Origin: a virus
Taxonomy: Duplodnaviria; Caudoviricetes
IMG/VR virus record: IMGVR_UViG_3300032307_000830
Location: 526 to 64,525 of that record
Direction: 5' to 3' (one strand)
Length of the DNA stretch: 64,000 nucleotides
Below, in pieces: positions 17,516 through 27,271 of the stretch (position 1 is the stretch's first letter; each line of letters opens with the position of its first letter). A model generated the notes under the pieces. It was not told the DNA's origin. It did not search any database and saw only the letters and a list, made by a program, of their open reading frames with translations. Made by a program: the position numbers and the translations under genes.

Positions 17516-19345
17516 TTATAATAATTTATCGATTTCATCAATCGTTTTTTTAAGCGATTCGTTTATTAAATTATTTTTAGCTTCTAATTTTTTTCTAGTT
17601 GTTTCAGCTAAAGGTTCTTCTGGGGCCGCTGGTTCAGCAGCCGCTGGTTCAGCACCACCTTCGGCACCACCCTCAGCACCTGGTACTTCTAACGGTGCAG
17701 TAAAGTCGGTTCCAGCCGCGGTATCCATACCACCACCCATGTCTCCGCCACCACCGCCACCGCCAGATGACATATCTGATGCAGGTGCACTTCCATCAGC
17801 ACCCAAGGTCATATTATTAGGGTCAATTTTATAAAGTTTATAAATATCCCTGAATATACCAGTTTGTTTAATGGTTTCACCCAATGATTTAAGCTCTTCA
17901 CCACCAGCTTTTTCAACAGCTTGTCTTTGAATGTCGAGTTTAATCTCATCATCACTCATATTTAAGATTTCTTTCTTAGCATATGTCATAGACACAGCAC
18001 CGAATCCATTACCAGCATCTGAAACCGCATCACGATACAACTGAATTTTTTCTTTCCAGTTTTGTATTTTAAGCATTTCAGCTTGGGTGGACGGGCTAGT
18101 CAGCGTTATTGTGAAATTCTCTAGATCATCCGTAAAACCTTTAGTATAAAGGTGGATAATAGCCATTTTATTTAACTCCTGAATTAAAGCTTTCTGCACT
18201 CTGTGTACAGCTCTAGCAAAACGCACGTCAAGAATAGCCAGGTTTTTACCATCACCAGTAGCTTCCTCAAAACCAATAAAGGCTTTAGGAACTCTTAGCG
18301 CGGCCAACATTTTCTTTTGGATGTACTCAATATCAGCGATCTCGGAAAGGTTTTGCGCCCCAGGTAATGTCTCAATAGGCATCGCCAATGAAGGGTCTCT
18401 AACGGGGATGAAATAATCCTGATCAACTGCTAAAGCGTTATAGCGTGTATCTTGGTTACCATTGTTTTTATCAACCATGTTAACTCTTTTAAAGTTATTA
18501 GCAATCTTATCAACGTATGCATCAACATCTTTATCATCCATGTTACCAACAAAGACCTTATACACACGTCTTTCTGGTGCTCTAGTGACACGATACACTA
18601 ACATGGCATCCTCAGACAACAATAATTGTTTCCAAATCCTTCTTACCTTTTCTAACATTGAAGTACCGTAAGGTAATCTTCTATCGTCACCAAGTAATCT
18701 AAAGTGGGAGATCTCAAATGAATTAAATTCAACGTTTTTGTCTTTCCAGAAGAACTTGATATTTTGTTCTTTTTGTTGATCATCTAAACTAGTAACTTTT
18801 GAGAAACCTGGTTCAGACCTTGTCATTTCTATATTAGGTAATTGAGTCACACCAACAATACCTTGGTTAGGTACAATTTTGTTGTATATGAAATTATCAC
18901 CATATTTACAAACGTTTCTAGCCCATGAAGTTAGGTTAGCGTTGATGTCTAAAACGTTTTCAAATAAATGAGTTAACTCTTTTTTAATTCTGCTACTGTC
19001 AGAATATATTGTTAAAACTTTACCGTTTTCATTTGCCGTTGTAGCTTCTTCAGCGAAAATATCTAAAGCAACAGAAATTTCTGGTGTATACTCCATCGCT
19101 TCGTAATCGTAATAAGAAGCAATCCTTGTTGGTTCATAATAAACCGCTTTTTGATAAAGCTCGTTATCAATCTTTTTCCATTGGTTCTGTAAATAGAGTG
19201 TTTGTTGTGCCTCTAACTTTTTTTGATCTAGTTCGGACCCGCTAAGGCCATCAAAAGAACTAGGGTCGATGACATATTTAGGTCCATCAACCTCGTTACC
19301 CAGAACTTTATTTAGTTTTTGATATATTGTTAATTTATTAGCCAT
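17516..19345 (-). CDS. Portal protein (T4 gp20-like)
   Basis: YEAMEYTPEI, KYGD, HFRL, PYGTSMLE, EDAMLVYR..RAPERRVY, IETLPGAQNL, ALRVPK. Confidence 0.96.
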   Translation of the reverse strand: MANKLTIYQKLNKVLGNEVDGPKYVIDPSSFDGLSGSELDQKKLEAQQTLYLQNQWKKIDNELYQKAVYYEPTRIASYYDYEAMEYTPEISVALDIFAEEATTANENGKVLTIYSDSSRIKKELTHLFENVLDINANLTSWARNVCKYGDNFIYNKIVPNQGIVGVTQLPNIEMTRSEPGFSKVTSLDDQQKEQNIKFFWKDKNVEFNSFEISHFRLLGDDRRLPYGTSMLEKVRRIWKQLLLSEDAMLVYRVTRAPERRVYKVFVGNMDDKDVDAYVDKIANNFKRVNMVDKNNGNQDTRYNALAVDQDYFIPVRDPSLAMPIETLPGAQNLSEIADIEYIQKKMLAALRVPKAFIGFEEATGDGKNLAILDVRFARAVHRVQKALIQELNKMAIIHLYTKGFTDDLENFTITLTSPSTQAEMLKIQNWKEKIQLYRDAVSDAGNGFGAVSMTYAKKEILNMSDDEIKLDIQRQAVEKAGGEELKSLGETIKQTGIFRDIYKLYKIDPNNMTLGADGSAPASDMSSGGGGGGGDMGGGMDTAAGTDFTAPLEVPGAEGGAEGGAEPAAAEPAAPEEPLAETTRKKLEAKNNLINESLKKTIDEIDKLL

Positions 19346-19350
19346 ATTTT

Positions 19351-19590
19351 TTAATTTACGTATTCACAGTCAACATAAGGTGGAAATTTATAGTTTTCGG
19401 TAACACCATCCCACTCCTTTTTTTGTACATATGTTGTTGTACCATCAGATTCTGGTGAACATTTAATTGCGTCAACATTTCTTTGTAACGCTTTACCTTC
19501 TAATTTACCACTTTCCTTCTCTTTTGTTCTAATAATTGAAACCGAACCAGGTCCAGTGCTTCTTGCTTGTTTAATTAAGATATTTCCCAT
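19351..19590 (-). CDS. Hypothetical protein
   Basis: 79-aa ORF filling the gap between terminase and portal. Confidence 0.65.
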   Translation of the reverse strand: MGNILIKQARSTGPGSVSIIRTKEKESGKLEGKALQRNVDAIKCSPESDGTTTYVQKKEWDGVTENYKFPPYVDCEYVN

Positions 19591-19612
19591 TTTAAATTAG
19601 TTTAAAATTATT

Positions 19613-21412
19613 TTATTTTTTTTTAGTTACACCGAATAACCAACCGTATTCTTTGGTGTTTGACATAGTAGCGTTATTGTCATATTTATCCGCGTCATAA
19701 TACGATTTACTTGGGTCTGGTGAACTAGTTACATCTTTTAATAAATAGTCTGCATCCGTTTTTACGTTATTAGTTGTTATTTTCCAACTATCTAACATAG
19801 CCCTAGTCATATTATCAGATTCTTGTAATCTTTTAAATGAAGTATTTGCCACGAATAAGCACATACCAAGAGCCATAATAAGGTCATCATGCGACCCTTT
19901 CATGTGATCTGGTTTACCGTTCTTATAAACAAACTTTTTAAGTTCGGCTGTCAATCTCTCACTTCTGATTTTAAAATTACCTCTAGATACCGCTTCTTCT
20001 AAAGCGGCTACAATTTGACTTCTTCTATTTCTTGAGGCAAAGTTTATACCAGGTATAGCGTTTTCATCAGGTATATAGTACATACTGTTACTATCACCAT
20101 CTTTGTCGTAATGTAATAATTTTTTAGGGTAATTTAACTCTTTAAGTTTTTGTGTCGAGGCAACACCCATACCACCAGTAATATCAAATGTTGATAGGGC
20201 ATCATACATTCTACCGTATTGGTCTACCAACTGGGCCGCAATATCTGGTGGAACTTTACCGTGGTATTCTAAAACCTGCTCGAATGTGTCGTAATCAATA
20301 ATACACATACCAGTAGCATCCTCAGAATCACCTCTTGAAACGTCAAGGGCTAAAATATACCTATGACCTTTTTCAGGTAACTTCCATATCCATAAGTTAC
20401 TATCCCATGCTTTGTCCTTAATTTCTGGGTCTTTAACATTATCCTGTTCTTGTTTTCTAATAACATCACCCTCAATTACGTTATCACCAGACCCGATAAA
20501 CGCGCACTCCAACTCCTGATTAATCATTCGTTTATTGAAGTTCATGTCCCTACACATATTTTCATACCATGAAGAATGTGGTTTATAACCATCTTCCATG
20601 AATTTGGCTATAACGTCTGGGTGTAAATCTATAACAGAGTCAATAATATCTTCATCTTTTTCAGATGCGGGTTTTTGGAACCAGTCAACGATATCTTTTG
20701 TTTTAACTAAACGTAAATCTTTATTAAATCGAGGATCTTGCCACCATTTTAAGTGCGTAACACAGAAGCTGTTTTCACCTTTAATGGCGCCCTCATATGA
20801 AGCGTAATAGATTGGGTCTAATCCGTTAGGCGTTGAAATTAACACGGCTTTACCACCAGTACCAATAGAAGCCAAACAAGCTGTCCATAGTTCTTGGCCA
20901 CCTTCAACGAAGGCCGCTTCATCTATTAATAAAACTGTTGGTGTGTAACCACGCAAGGCATCTTGTGATGTTGCTACGGCTTTGATTTCGGAACCATTTG
21001 ATAATCTAACGTGTTTTTGTGAGGATTTATCAAATGTAACATTAACCCAACTAGGTAATTGTTTAATGAAGTTTATAATCTTATTCTGGAACTCGATTGC
21101 GGTTTCCTGTTTGTTAGCTAGGATCAAAACCTTTTCGGGTCTATCTGGGCTAGCAAAGGCTGTAAGTACGGCAGAATAGGCGGCGGTTACTGTTGAGATA
21201 CCAGCCTGGCGATACTTAAGAACTAAATTAAATCTATGTTTTCTGTAGTTGGAAACAAGTGTTTTTTGACCATCAAATAACTCAAAGGGTACATATCCTT
21301 CTCTCGTTTTATCGAAAGTTTCAAAATAACTTTCAATGACATAGCAAGGATCCTGAGAACATTTAGCGAACTCTAAAAGTAATTCTTTCTTATCTGTAAT
21401 TTGTTTTTTCAA
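19613..21412 (-). CDS. Terminase large subunit (T4 gp17-like)
   Basis: KYRQAGIST, LIDEAAF, ISTPNG, QELEC.F, LDVSRGDSED, HDDLIMA. Confidence 0.96.
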   Translation of the reverse strand: MKKQITDKKELLLEFAKCSQDPCYVIESYFETFDKTREGYVPFELFDGQKTLVSNYRKHRFNLVLKYRQAGISTVTAAYSAVLTAFASPDRPEKVLILANKQETAIEFQNKIINFIKQLPSWVNVTFDKSSQKHVRLSNGSEIKAVATSQDALRGYTPTVLLIDEAAFVEGGQELWTACLASIGTGGKAVLISTPNGLDPIYYASYEGAIKGENSFCVTHLKWWQDPRFNKDLRLVKTKDIVDWFQKPASEKDEDIIDSVIDLHPDVIAKFMEDGYKPHSSWYENMCRDMNFNKRMINQELECAFIGSGDNVIEGDVIRKQEQDNVKDPEIKDKAWDSNLWIWKLPEKGHRYILALDVSRGDSEDATGMCIIDYDTFEQVLEYHGKVPPDIAAQLVDQYGRMYDALSTFDITGGMGVASTQKLKELNYPKKLLHYDKDGDSNSMYYIPDENAIPGINFASRNRRSQIVAALEEAVSRGNFKIRSERLTAELKKFVYKNGKPDHMKGSHDDLIMALGMCLFVANTSFKRLQESDNMTRAMLDSWKITTNNVKTDADYLLKDVTSSPDPSKSYYDADKYDNNATMSNTKEYGWLFGVTKKK

Positions 21413-21428
21413 ACTTGTTTCTTTCCAT

Positions 21429-21435
21429 ATAAATA
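21429..21435 (-). promoter_or_regulatory. Putative late promoter TATTTAT
   Basis: 16 nt upstream of the terminase ORF start. Confidence 0.6.
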
Positions 21436-21440
21436 GTTTA

Positions 21441-22583
21441 TTATAGTCCTAAATCACTTAAACTAATACCATCAAGGTCATCGTTGTTAAAATTGTACTC
21501 CATAATTTCCATCCTTTTGGATCTAGCGATGGAATCAATTTCCTTTTTTGCGTAATCAGGTCGATGCTCAACTAATGACATAAATTCGATAAAATCATCA
21601 GCGTCTTTTTTAAAGAGCTCGATTAAAATCAATTTTTTAATGTCGTAGTCGTCAACATCGATCAAACCGTGTAAATTTCCCCACATGGTTGGGAACAACC
21701 TAATGTCCCATAATTCAGCGATGATTGTATCGGTATAATCAATAACCTTTTTAGCGTCTTTTTTGGGTAACCCAGCGACAGAAAAAAGGGAAATAATACC
21801 TTTTGTCATCTCCAGAATCAATATCGGGAAATTCATACCTTTAGCTATAATTTTAGGAATTTCTCCACTAAAGTCAAGGTCAACGTAACCAGCATTATTA
21901 GAATCATTTGATTGGATTTGTTGTTGGAAATCCTCATCGCTAATTAAGTAGTAAAATAAGTCATTAGCAATTAACGCTTTTTGATAAAAAGGTATCACAT
22001 CAGGAACGATTTTTTCAATATCGTCACGATAAAGGTGAAATATATAAAGTGCTCGTAACGATGCGCCCTGAGAGAAGGCGTTTATAGTTCTTCTTTTAAC
22101 AACTTCAGCAAGCAACTCCTCATCATTCTCAATCTCCTCTTTTTCTTCTTGTGTTAGAGGGGTTTCCATACTCATTTCCTCAGGTAATTTAATTGTACCT
22201 GGTTCCATTATCTCAAGATCGAAAATGACCTCATCATAACCTAGGTTCCACTCATCGCGTATGATTTTTTCAGCCAAATCACAAAGCGCAACTCTTTTGC
22301 CACTTTCCATGTTTGTTGCGCGAAACATCGCCCCACCAGCTGACATCATAACTTCCATTGGGCTTATAAGTTCTTTTGGTGTTTGGAACGTATTTGAGTA
22401 AGAATCGATTAATTCTTTGTATCTTTCAGAGGCAATCATTTCTTCGCGCCAAGACTCTGGGTGCGTACTTTGATCGTAGTAAGGTAACTTACCCAATGGG
22501 TGGGTTCTCTTTGAGAGTTTTTCAATCGTTGATTTAGCGATCAAATTTGGGTAATCACCCAATTGTAGTCCTGATTTTCTCAT
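21441..22583 (-). CDS. Hypothetical protein
   Basis: 380-aa ORF preceded by a host-type promoter. Confidence 0.75.
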   Translation of the reverse strand: MRKSGLQLGDYPNLIAKSTIEKLSKRTHPLGKLPYYDQSTHPESWREEMIASERYKELIDSYSNTFQTPKELISPMEVMMSAGGAMFRATNMESGKRVALCDLAEKIIRDEWNLGYDEVIFDLEIMEPGTIKLPEEMSMETPLTQEEKEEIENDEELLAEVVKRRTINAFSQGASLRALYIFHLYRDDIEKIVPDVIPFYQKALIANDLFYYLISDEDFQQQIQSNDSNNAGYVDLDFSGEIPKIIAKGMNFPILILEMTKGIISLFSVAGLPKKDAKKVIDYTDTIIAELWDIRLFPTMWGNLHGLIDVDDYDIKKLILIELFKKDADDFIEFMSLVEHRPDYAKKEIDSIARSKRMEIMEYNFNNDDLDGISLSDLGL

Positions 22584-22616
22584 AAAAAAAATGCCTTGTT
22601 TATTATTAACAAGGCA
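22584..22616 (-). terminator. Rho-independent terminator
   Basis: tgccttgtt...aacaaggca hairpin with A-tract. Confidence 0.65.
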
Positions 22617-22646
22617 AATTTAGGTAAAAATTTTTAATTAACCAAA
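22615..22646 (-). promoter_or_regulatory. Bacteroidota-type promoter (TTTG -33 / TAAATTTG -7, 20-nt spacer)
   Basis: CAAATTTA at 22615-22622 and CAAA at 22643-22646 on the plus strand. Confidence 0.6.
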
Positions 22647-22650
22647 TTTT

Positions 22651-22788
22651 TTAAGCTTTTGGTTTCCCTTTTTCATCCTCATTAGGTTTTGGGATGTCGA
22701 TTTTTGAAGGGTTTTTTGTTGGTGACGGAGTTTTAACTGGCGTCTCAACAGGCGCTTTTGTTGGCATTTGGTATTGATCGTTTCTCAT
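22651..22788 (-). CDS. Unannotated 45-aa Pro/Lys/Thr-rich small protein
   Basis: MRNDQYQMPTKAPVETPVKTPSPTKNPSKIDIPKPNEDEKGKPKA*. ATG lies 4 nt after the upstream stop; below the ORF-track length cutoff. Confidence 0.7.
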   Translation of the reverse strand: MRNDQYQMPTKAPVETPVKTPSPTKNPSKIDIPKPNEDEKGKPKA

Positions 22789-22792
22789 ATTA

Positions 22793-23608
22793 TTATGAAT
22801 TTTTTTTACTTTTTATGTAATTTAAAATATCGGATTTGTTCAACTTTGGCTTTTCCGACTCTGCAATAATACGAAAGATATCCGAATTAACCAAATTTTC
22901 TTCAATTTTTTCAGTTTCTTCTTTTAGAACATCCAAAATTCTTCTCAACTCTTTATAAGCTTCTTGCTGTTTATCATCTTTTAGTAAATCAACAACTTTT
23001 TTAAGGATCCAAGATTTGTTACCCAATTTATCTAATAGACCTTCATAAGCTATCGCGTCCATCTTACTGATAACGGTGTCATAAGAAGGTTCTCTTGGTT
23101 CAGATTTTTTTGTTGGGAATAAACTTAATTGATTTGTGTCCTTTGTATTTATAACCTTAAAGTTACCTTCAGATTCTAAAGCTTCTTTTGCTTGTTCAAA
23201 TGTTTTAAACTCTTCCTCTTCATTATCTTGCATATCATAATGAAAAACCGTGTTAGCGTAATCAATTACACCATCTTTATCCGTTGTTTCAACAGTATCA
23301 CCATTCTCATCTTGGATGTTATACCTTTCATCATCAAATTTAACTGGGTGTCTTCTATCCCAAGGTAAATCATAATATGTGTACCCACCTGTTAATCTAG
23401 ATATAAGGGTGTCAATTGTATCATTGAACGACCAGTTAGCCGCATCATCCTCTTCAGATTCTGTTTGCATACTCGCCTCAGCTTCTTTTTTGGTATTCAT
23501 AAGCTGCTGAATAGCTTCCTTAGCTTTATCCAGTGATTGTATCGTAGCCTCTGGATCTGAAATAGCTTTGTTTATTATTTCGTCTGAGTTTTGTGTGTTG
23601 TCTTCCAT
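22793..23608 (-). CDS. Hypothetical acidic protein
   Basis: 271-aa ORF translationally coupled with its upstream gene. Confidence 0.7.
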   Translation of the reverse strand: MEDNTQNSDEIINKAISDPEATIQSLDKAKEAIQQLMNTKKEAEASMQTESEEDDAANWSFNDTIDTLISRLTGGYTYYDLPWDRRHPVKFDDERYNIQDENGDTVETTDKDGVIDYANTVFHYDMQDNEEEEFKTFEQAKEALESEGNFKVINTKDTNQLSLFPTKKSEPREPSYDTVISKMDAIAYEGLLDKLGNKSWILKKVVDLLKDDKQQEAYKELRRILDVLKEETEKIEENLVNSDIFRIIAESEKPKLNKSDILNYIKSKKNS

Positions 23609-24012
23609 TAGAATTTTTCTATTTCTTCTTTATTTATTATCGCAAGTAGTTTATCCCTACTGTAAATTTTTTCTTTAACTGATTCTATAGTTTCGCCATA
23701 TCTAAAAACTAACCTATCTTCAATTTCAGGTGATTCGGTTTCCCAACCCAAAGATATTATACCTTCAACACAATCATACATTGAGAATGTATCTGAATGC
23801 ATCGCCAAAGATAATTCAATATCCTCGGATTTCAATATACCGACAGTTTCAACCTGCTCAATGTTAGGTGGTGTTGGGTTACCGCTAGAAGCTGGTTGTA
23901 CATCCCAATCATCACCATACTCAACCCTGTCAAGTCTATTCGTGAAAATGAACTCGTATGTGTTCTGGCCTTTAAAATCCTTATTTAAGGGGTTTATATA
24001 AATTAAATACAT
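23608..24012 (-). CDS. Hypothetical protein
   Basis: 134-aa ORF in an operon. Confidence 0.7.
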   Translation of the reverse strand: MYLIYINPLNKDFKGQNTYEFIFTNRLDRVEYGDDWDVQPASSGNPTPPNIEQVETVGILKSEDIELSLAMHSDTFSMYDCVEGIISLGWETESPEIEDRLVFRYGETIESVKEKIYSRDKLLAIINKEEIEKF

Positions 24013-24014
24013 AA

Positions 24015-25403
24015 TTATTTTACTTTATTTACTATGTTAAAACTTAATTCGTTATCAAATATTAAAGTTTCACCACCAGTTTCAACCTTTATATCGATAA
24101 AATATTCTTGAGGGACTAACCACGTTGTATCTACCATAAAATAGTTGTTATTGAAAGATTTATTAGCGATCTGCCAGTCAACTATTATTATAACAGCTGG
24201 ACCTTGTTTCACATACATTCTATAATAAACCGTATTACTAACGTAATATTCGGAAACGGTATATGGTTTTCTAAGAAGAACGTTAACCTTTCTCTTTTCG
24301 CCTTGTGATAGCTTCTCCTCTCTTTTAATACCGCTCAAAGATAAACCGTATCTTGTGTCATCTAGCGCGTCTATATTGAAGTTATAGTACTTATCAGCAT
24401 CTATGGGTACAAATCTTAATTTTGTGTTTGGTCTGGTTTGTCCATTGTAGATAATATCAGACCAAATGTCATTATATTCCGTATAGCTTGTATAAACATC
24501 TTCATTACCAAAAACTTCAACATAATAAACACCTTTTGTTTTTTGTTTTACTGTGTAATTAACATTATTAATTTTACATGTAGGTAACTGGTCAAGATTT
24601 TGTAATTTACCATCTATAACTGAATAAAAGAACAGGTTATTAGTTTTACCCAGATAAAAAGTAACTCGGTCATCTTCTATGTGATCATTATATTGGGTTT
24701 CAATAAACGGTTCAAAAAATGTTTGCGTATGTCTTGTAAATAAACCAAGAGCAAAGTTTTTTTGCTCTACTGAGTAATCCAAAGCCTCTACAGCATCACT
24801 AAATTTTAAACAAAAACCATAATAAGTTGTGCCAGTTGTCACCCCAGTTGTTGTAATGTAATCGTTTACAAAATCAGTTATATCCATTTCAACATCCTCG
24901 TTACCCAAATCAAAATGTTGGCTTACTAAAGGGGTGCTACCGTTAGGGATGGCACCGTTTGGCGCGAAATTACTGGTGTTTGTTGCTTTAAACCAATTAG
25001 ATGGTTCTAGAGCAAAGTCCTTATTTTCTGGTATACTGGTAGCTGAAGGTGTAAAATCGTACCCACTGCCCTCGTCCCAAAATTGGTTAACGACATGTAA
25101 TTCTAGATCAAAAGATGTTGGTCTATAATTATCGTTAAACAATAAATTATTACTAGTACTTAAAAAATCTTTAATATCGAAACTAGAAGTGTTTTTAATT
25201 TTTAATATATGTCTGGTGTCGCCATCAACATTTATAACCTTTTCTGAAACCAGGTTTTTAATCTCATCAAAAGAACAATAAAATAGGAATCTACTATTTT
25301 TAACACCAAAATATAGTTCGGATATCTGGTTTCTACCAGTGTTAACATCACTATTTTTGACGATAGTGTTATTCTTATCAAAATATGTTCTGTATATGCC
25401 CAT
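24015..25403 (-). CDS. Hypothetical virion structural protein
   Basis: 462 aa, beta-rich (WDEGSGYD, HFDLGNED). TATTTAT at 25408-25414. Confidence 0.6.
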   Translation of the reverse strand: MGIYRTYFDKNNTIVKNSDVNTGRNQISELYFGVKNSRFLFYCSFDEIKNLVSEKVINVDGDTRHILKIKNTSSFDIKDFLSTSNNLLFNDNYRPTSFDLELHVVNQFWDEGSGYDFTPSATSIPENKDFALEPSNWFKATNTSNFAPNGAIPNGSTPLVSQHFDLGNEDVEMDITDFVNDYITTTGVTTGTTYYGFCLKFSDAVEALDYSVEQKNFALGLFTRHTQTFFEPFIETQYNDHIEDDRVTFYLGKTNNLFFYSVIDGKLQNLDQLPTCKINNVNYTVKQKTKGVYYVEVFGNEDVYTSYTEYNDIWSDIIYNGQTRPNTKLRFVPIDADKYYNFNIDALDDTRYGLSLSGIKREEKLSQGEKRKVNVLLRKPYTVSEYYVSNTVYYRMYVKQGPAVIIIVDWQIANKSFNNNYFMVDTTWLVPQEYFIDIKVETGGETLIFDNELSFNIVNKVK

Positions 25404-25416
25404 GATAATAAATATT

Positions 25417-27063
25417 TTAATTAATGCGTAAGTTATGGTTTATTATGCTTGTTGGTTGATTTAAATTGTTTCCGTTTATCTCCTGGGTTAATTCCCCTTG
25501 TAAATCCGTGAGTAATTTTCTAGCATCGTTATTGATAGAATCTTGTACTTGACCTATTGAATGTCCATGTGTTAGTACGATGTTAATCAATTTATTAATC
25601 ATCTCTAATAACTTTTCACCTCTAACCCATCCGTAGGTTTGGTAACTTTTTTTACCGTCATCAGATAATCCAGATAAAAACTTTGCAACTGTTTCCATTG
25701 ACATACCATCTTTAGGGTTCTCAAGATAATCTGGTGAATTAATACTACTTAAAAACAAAAATTTATCAGCGTACATAATTTGTGCTGTGATATCTTTATT
25801 TTCACTTTTTTCTTCAGTTGTCGTTTTTGTTTCAGTAACGGGTGCTTGTAGTTCTTGATTACCCATAAAACGATCAGTCGAATATTTTTTTATTTTACCA
25901 ATGAACTGGTTAAACTCATCAAATCTAACATAATCTAAGGAAGATGCGTCAGTTGGTTGGGTTCTTGGTATACCTAATTCATTTTGTAACTGTTGTGTTG
26001 GGTTAGTGTATTTATCTCTATTAGATGGAACAACTCTAACCACAAAATTCGTTAAGTTTGGGACAACATCGGTTGTTTCATTATTAGCCCCACCAGAATT
26101 TGGTTTTGTTGGGATTCTATTAACTAATGAAATAACGCTATTTTCACTTCTAATCTCTTGAGTACCCACCAAATCTGGGTTGTAATATTTTATCTTTTTC
26201 TCTTTATACGCTGAAATAATATCTTCGATAGCTTTTTCCATTAAAGGGACTGTATTGAACTGTAATGTGTGTCTAACCGTGTATTGATTTCTAACAACGC
26301 CAGCGCTATAATCTTTAAGGTTATTGTATTGTTTCCTTGTTAGACCCTTTTTACCTTTAGCGTCTTGTACCGTTTCTAAAGTATCGTAAAGGCTGATAGT
26401 ACATTTAATATTTTTATCATTCAAATTGTCTTTTCTCTGATACTCAAATATTAATTCAACAAAGAAATCTAAAAAAACATCTTTTTTTGTTGTTTTAGTC
26501 TCTTTTTTTTGTGTATACGTTAAAGATTTTTTATATTTTGATATTTGGAATATAGGGTATTGCGTTTTTCTAGCCTTGTTTGAGATGTGATCCAATCTAA
26601 TCAAAACTCGGTTATTACCTAGCGATATTTGTTCGTTATCAAAACCAGATAAAATAGTTTCATTAACACTATTTGCAACCTCTTCGGGTGTTGTTGACTT
26701 TTCTCTGTTATCTTGTTCCCTGTATGTACTATACAAAAAGATGGGATCATTGGTAATCGGCCCAACGTATAATTGACCCGCCTTTGTTTTAATCATCCTA
26801 ACTAATTGCCCTGGTTTAGGGATCATATTTAAATTGGATGGTAGGAAAGGTTGTGCCAAAAATTCATCAAATAATTTATCCTTTGCAACCGTATAAGACC
26901 ATTCCGTATAAGTGTTACCATTAGGGTTTTTATTCTTAATAGCGTTCTGTATATCGGTAACAGTTAAATAACTTTTATATGCTTCATATGGGGCCACGCG
27001 AATTCTACCGTGGTTTAACGGGTCTTGATTATCAAAGCAAATACCTAATTCAAAACTTTCCAT
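25417..27063 (-). CDS. Baseplate hub/central spike protein (gp5/VgrG-like)
   Basis: N-terminal DNQDPLNHGRIRV and P.PGQLV OB-fold pattern. C-terminal VRGEKL...THGH (HxH spike tip motif). Confidence 0.65.
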   Translation of the reverse strand: MESFELGICFDNQDPLNHGRIRVAPYEAYKSYLTVTDIQNAIKNKNPNGNTYTEWSYTVAKDKLFDEFLAQPFLPSNLNMIPKPGQLVRMIKTKAGQLYVGPITNDPIFLYSTYREQDNREKSTTPEEVANSVNETILSGFDNEQISLGNNRVLIRLDHISNKARKTQYPIFQISKYKKSLTYTQKKETKTTKKDVFLDFFVELIFEYQRKDNLNDKNIKCTISLYDTLETVQDAKGKKGLTRKQYNNLKDYSAGVVRNQYTVRHTLQFNTVPLMEKAIEDIISAYKEKKIKYYNPDLVGTQEIRSENSVISLVNRIPTKPNSGGANNETTDVVPNLTNFVVRVVPSNRDKYTNPTQQLQNELGIPRTQPTDASSLDYVRFDEFNQFIGKIKKYSTDRFMGNQELQAPVTETKTTTEEKSENKDITAQIMYADKFLFLSSINSPDYLENPKDGMSMETVAKFLSGLSDDGKKSYQTYGWVRGEKLLEMINKLINIVLTHGHSIGQVQDSINNDARKLLTDLQGELTQEINGNNLNQPTSIINHNLRIN

Positions 27064-27269
27064 TAATCTTTAAACTTTAATCTCTCTTTTAATTCATTGT
27101 AAACTTTATCATATGTGATTTCCACCTCTTCTAAAGTGGTGGTTAACTTTAACACATTATCTTTTAAAGCATCAAAATCATTCTTTAACCCGAGAAGGGT
27201 TTTAGCTAAATCCTTATTAGATTTCTTATCAACGTTATCGTATATTTCTTTTAACTTAGGATTATTCAT
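27063..27269 (-). CDS. Small coiled-coil hypothetical protein
   Basis: 68-aa ORF, coupled to its neighbours. Confidence 0.65.
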   Translation of the reverse strand: MNNPKLKEIYDNVDKKSNKDLAKTLLGLKNDFDALKDNVLKLTTTLEEVEITYDKVYNELKERLKFKD

Positions 27270-27271
27270 AG

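Noticed and set aside
20580-20720. Insertion or intein in the terminase
   Set aside because: Only ~45 extra residues between the ATPase and nuclease domains, with no splicing motifs.
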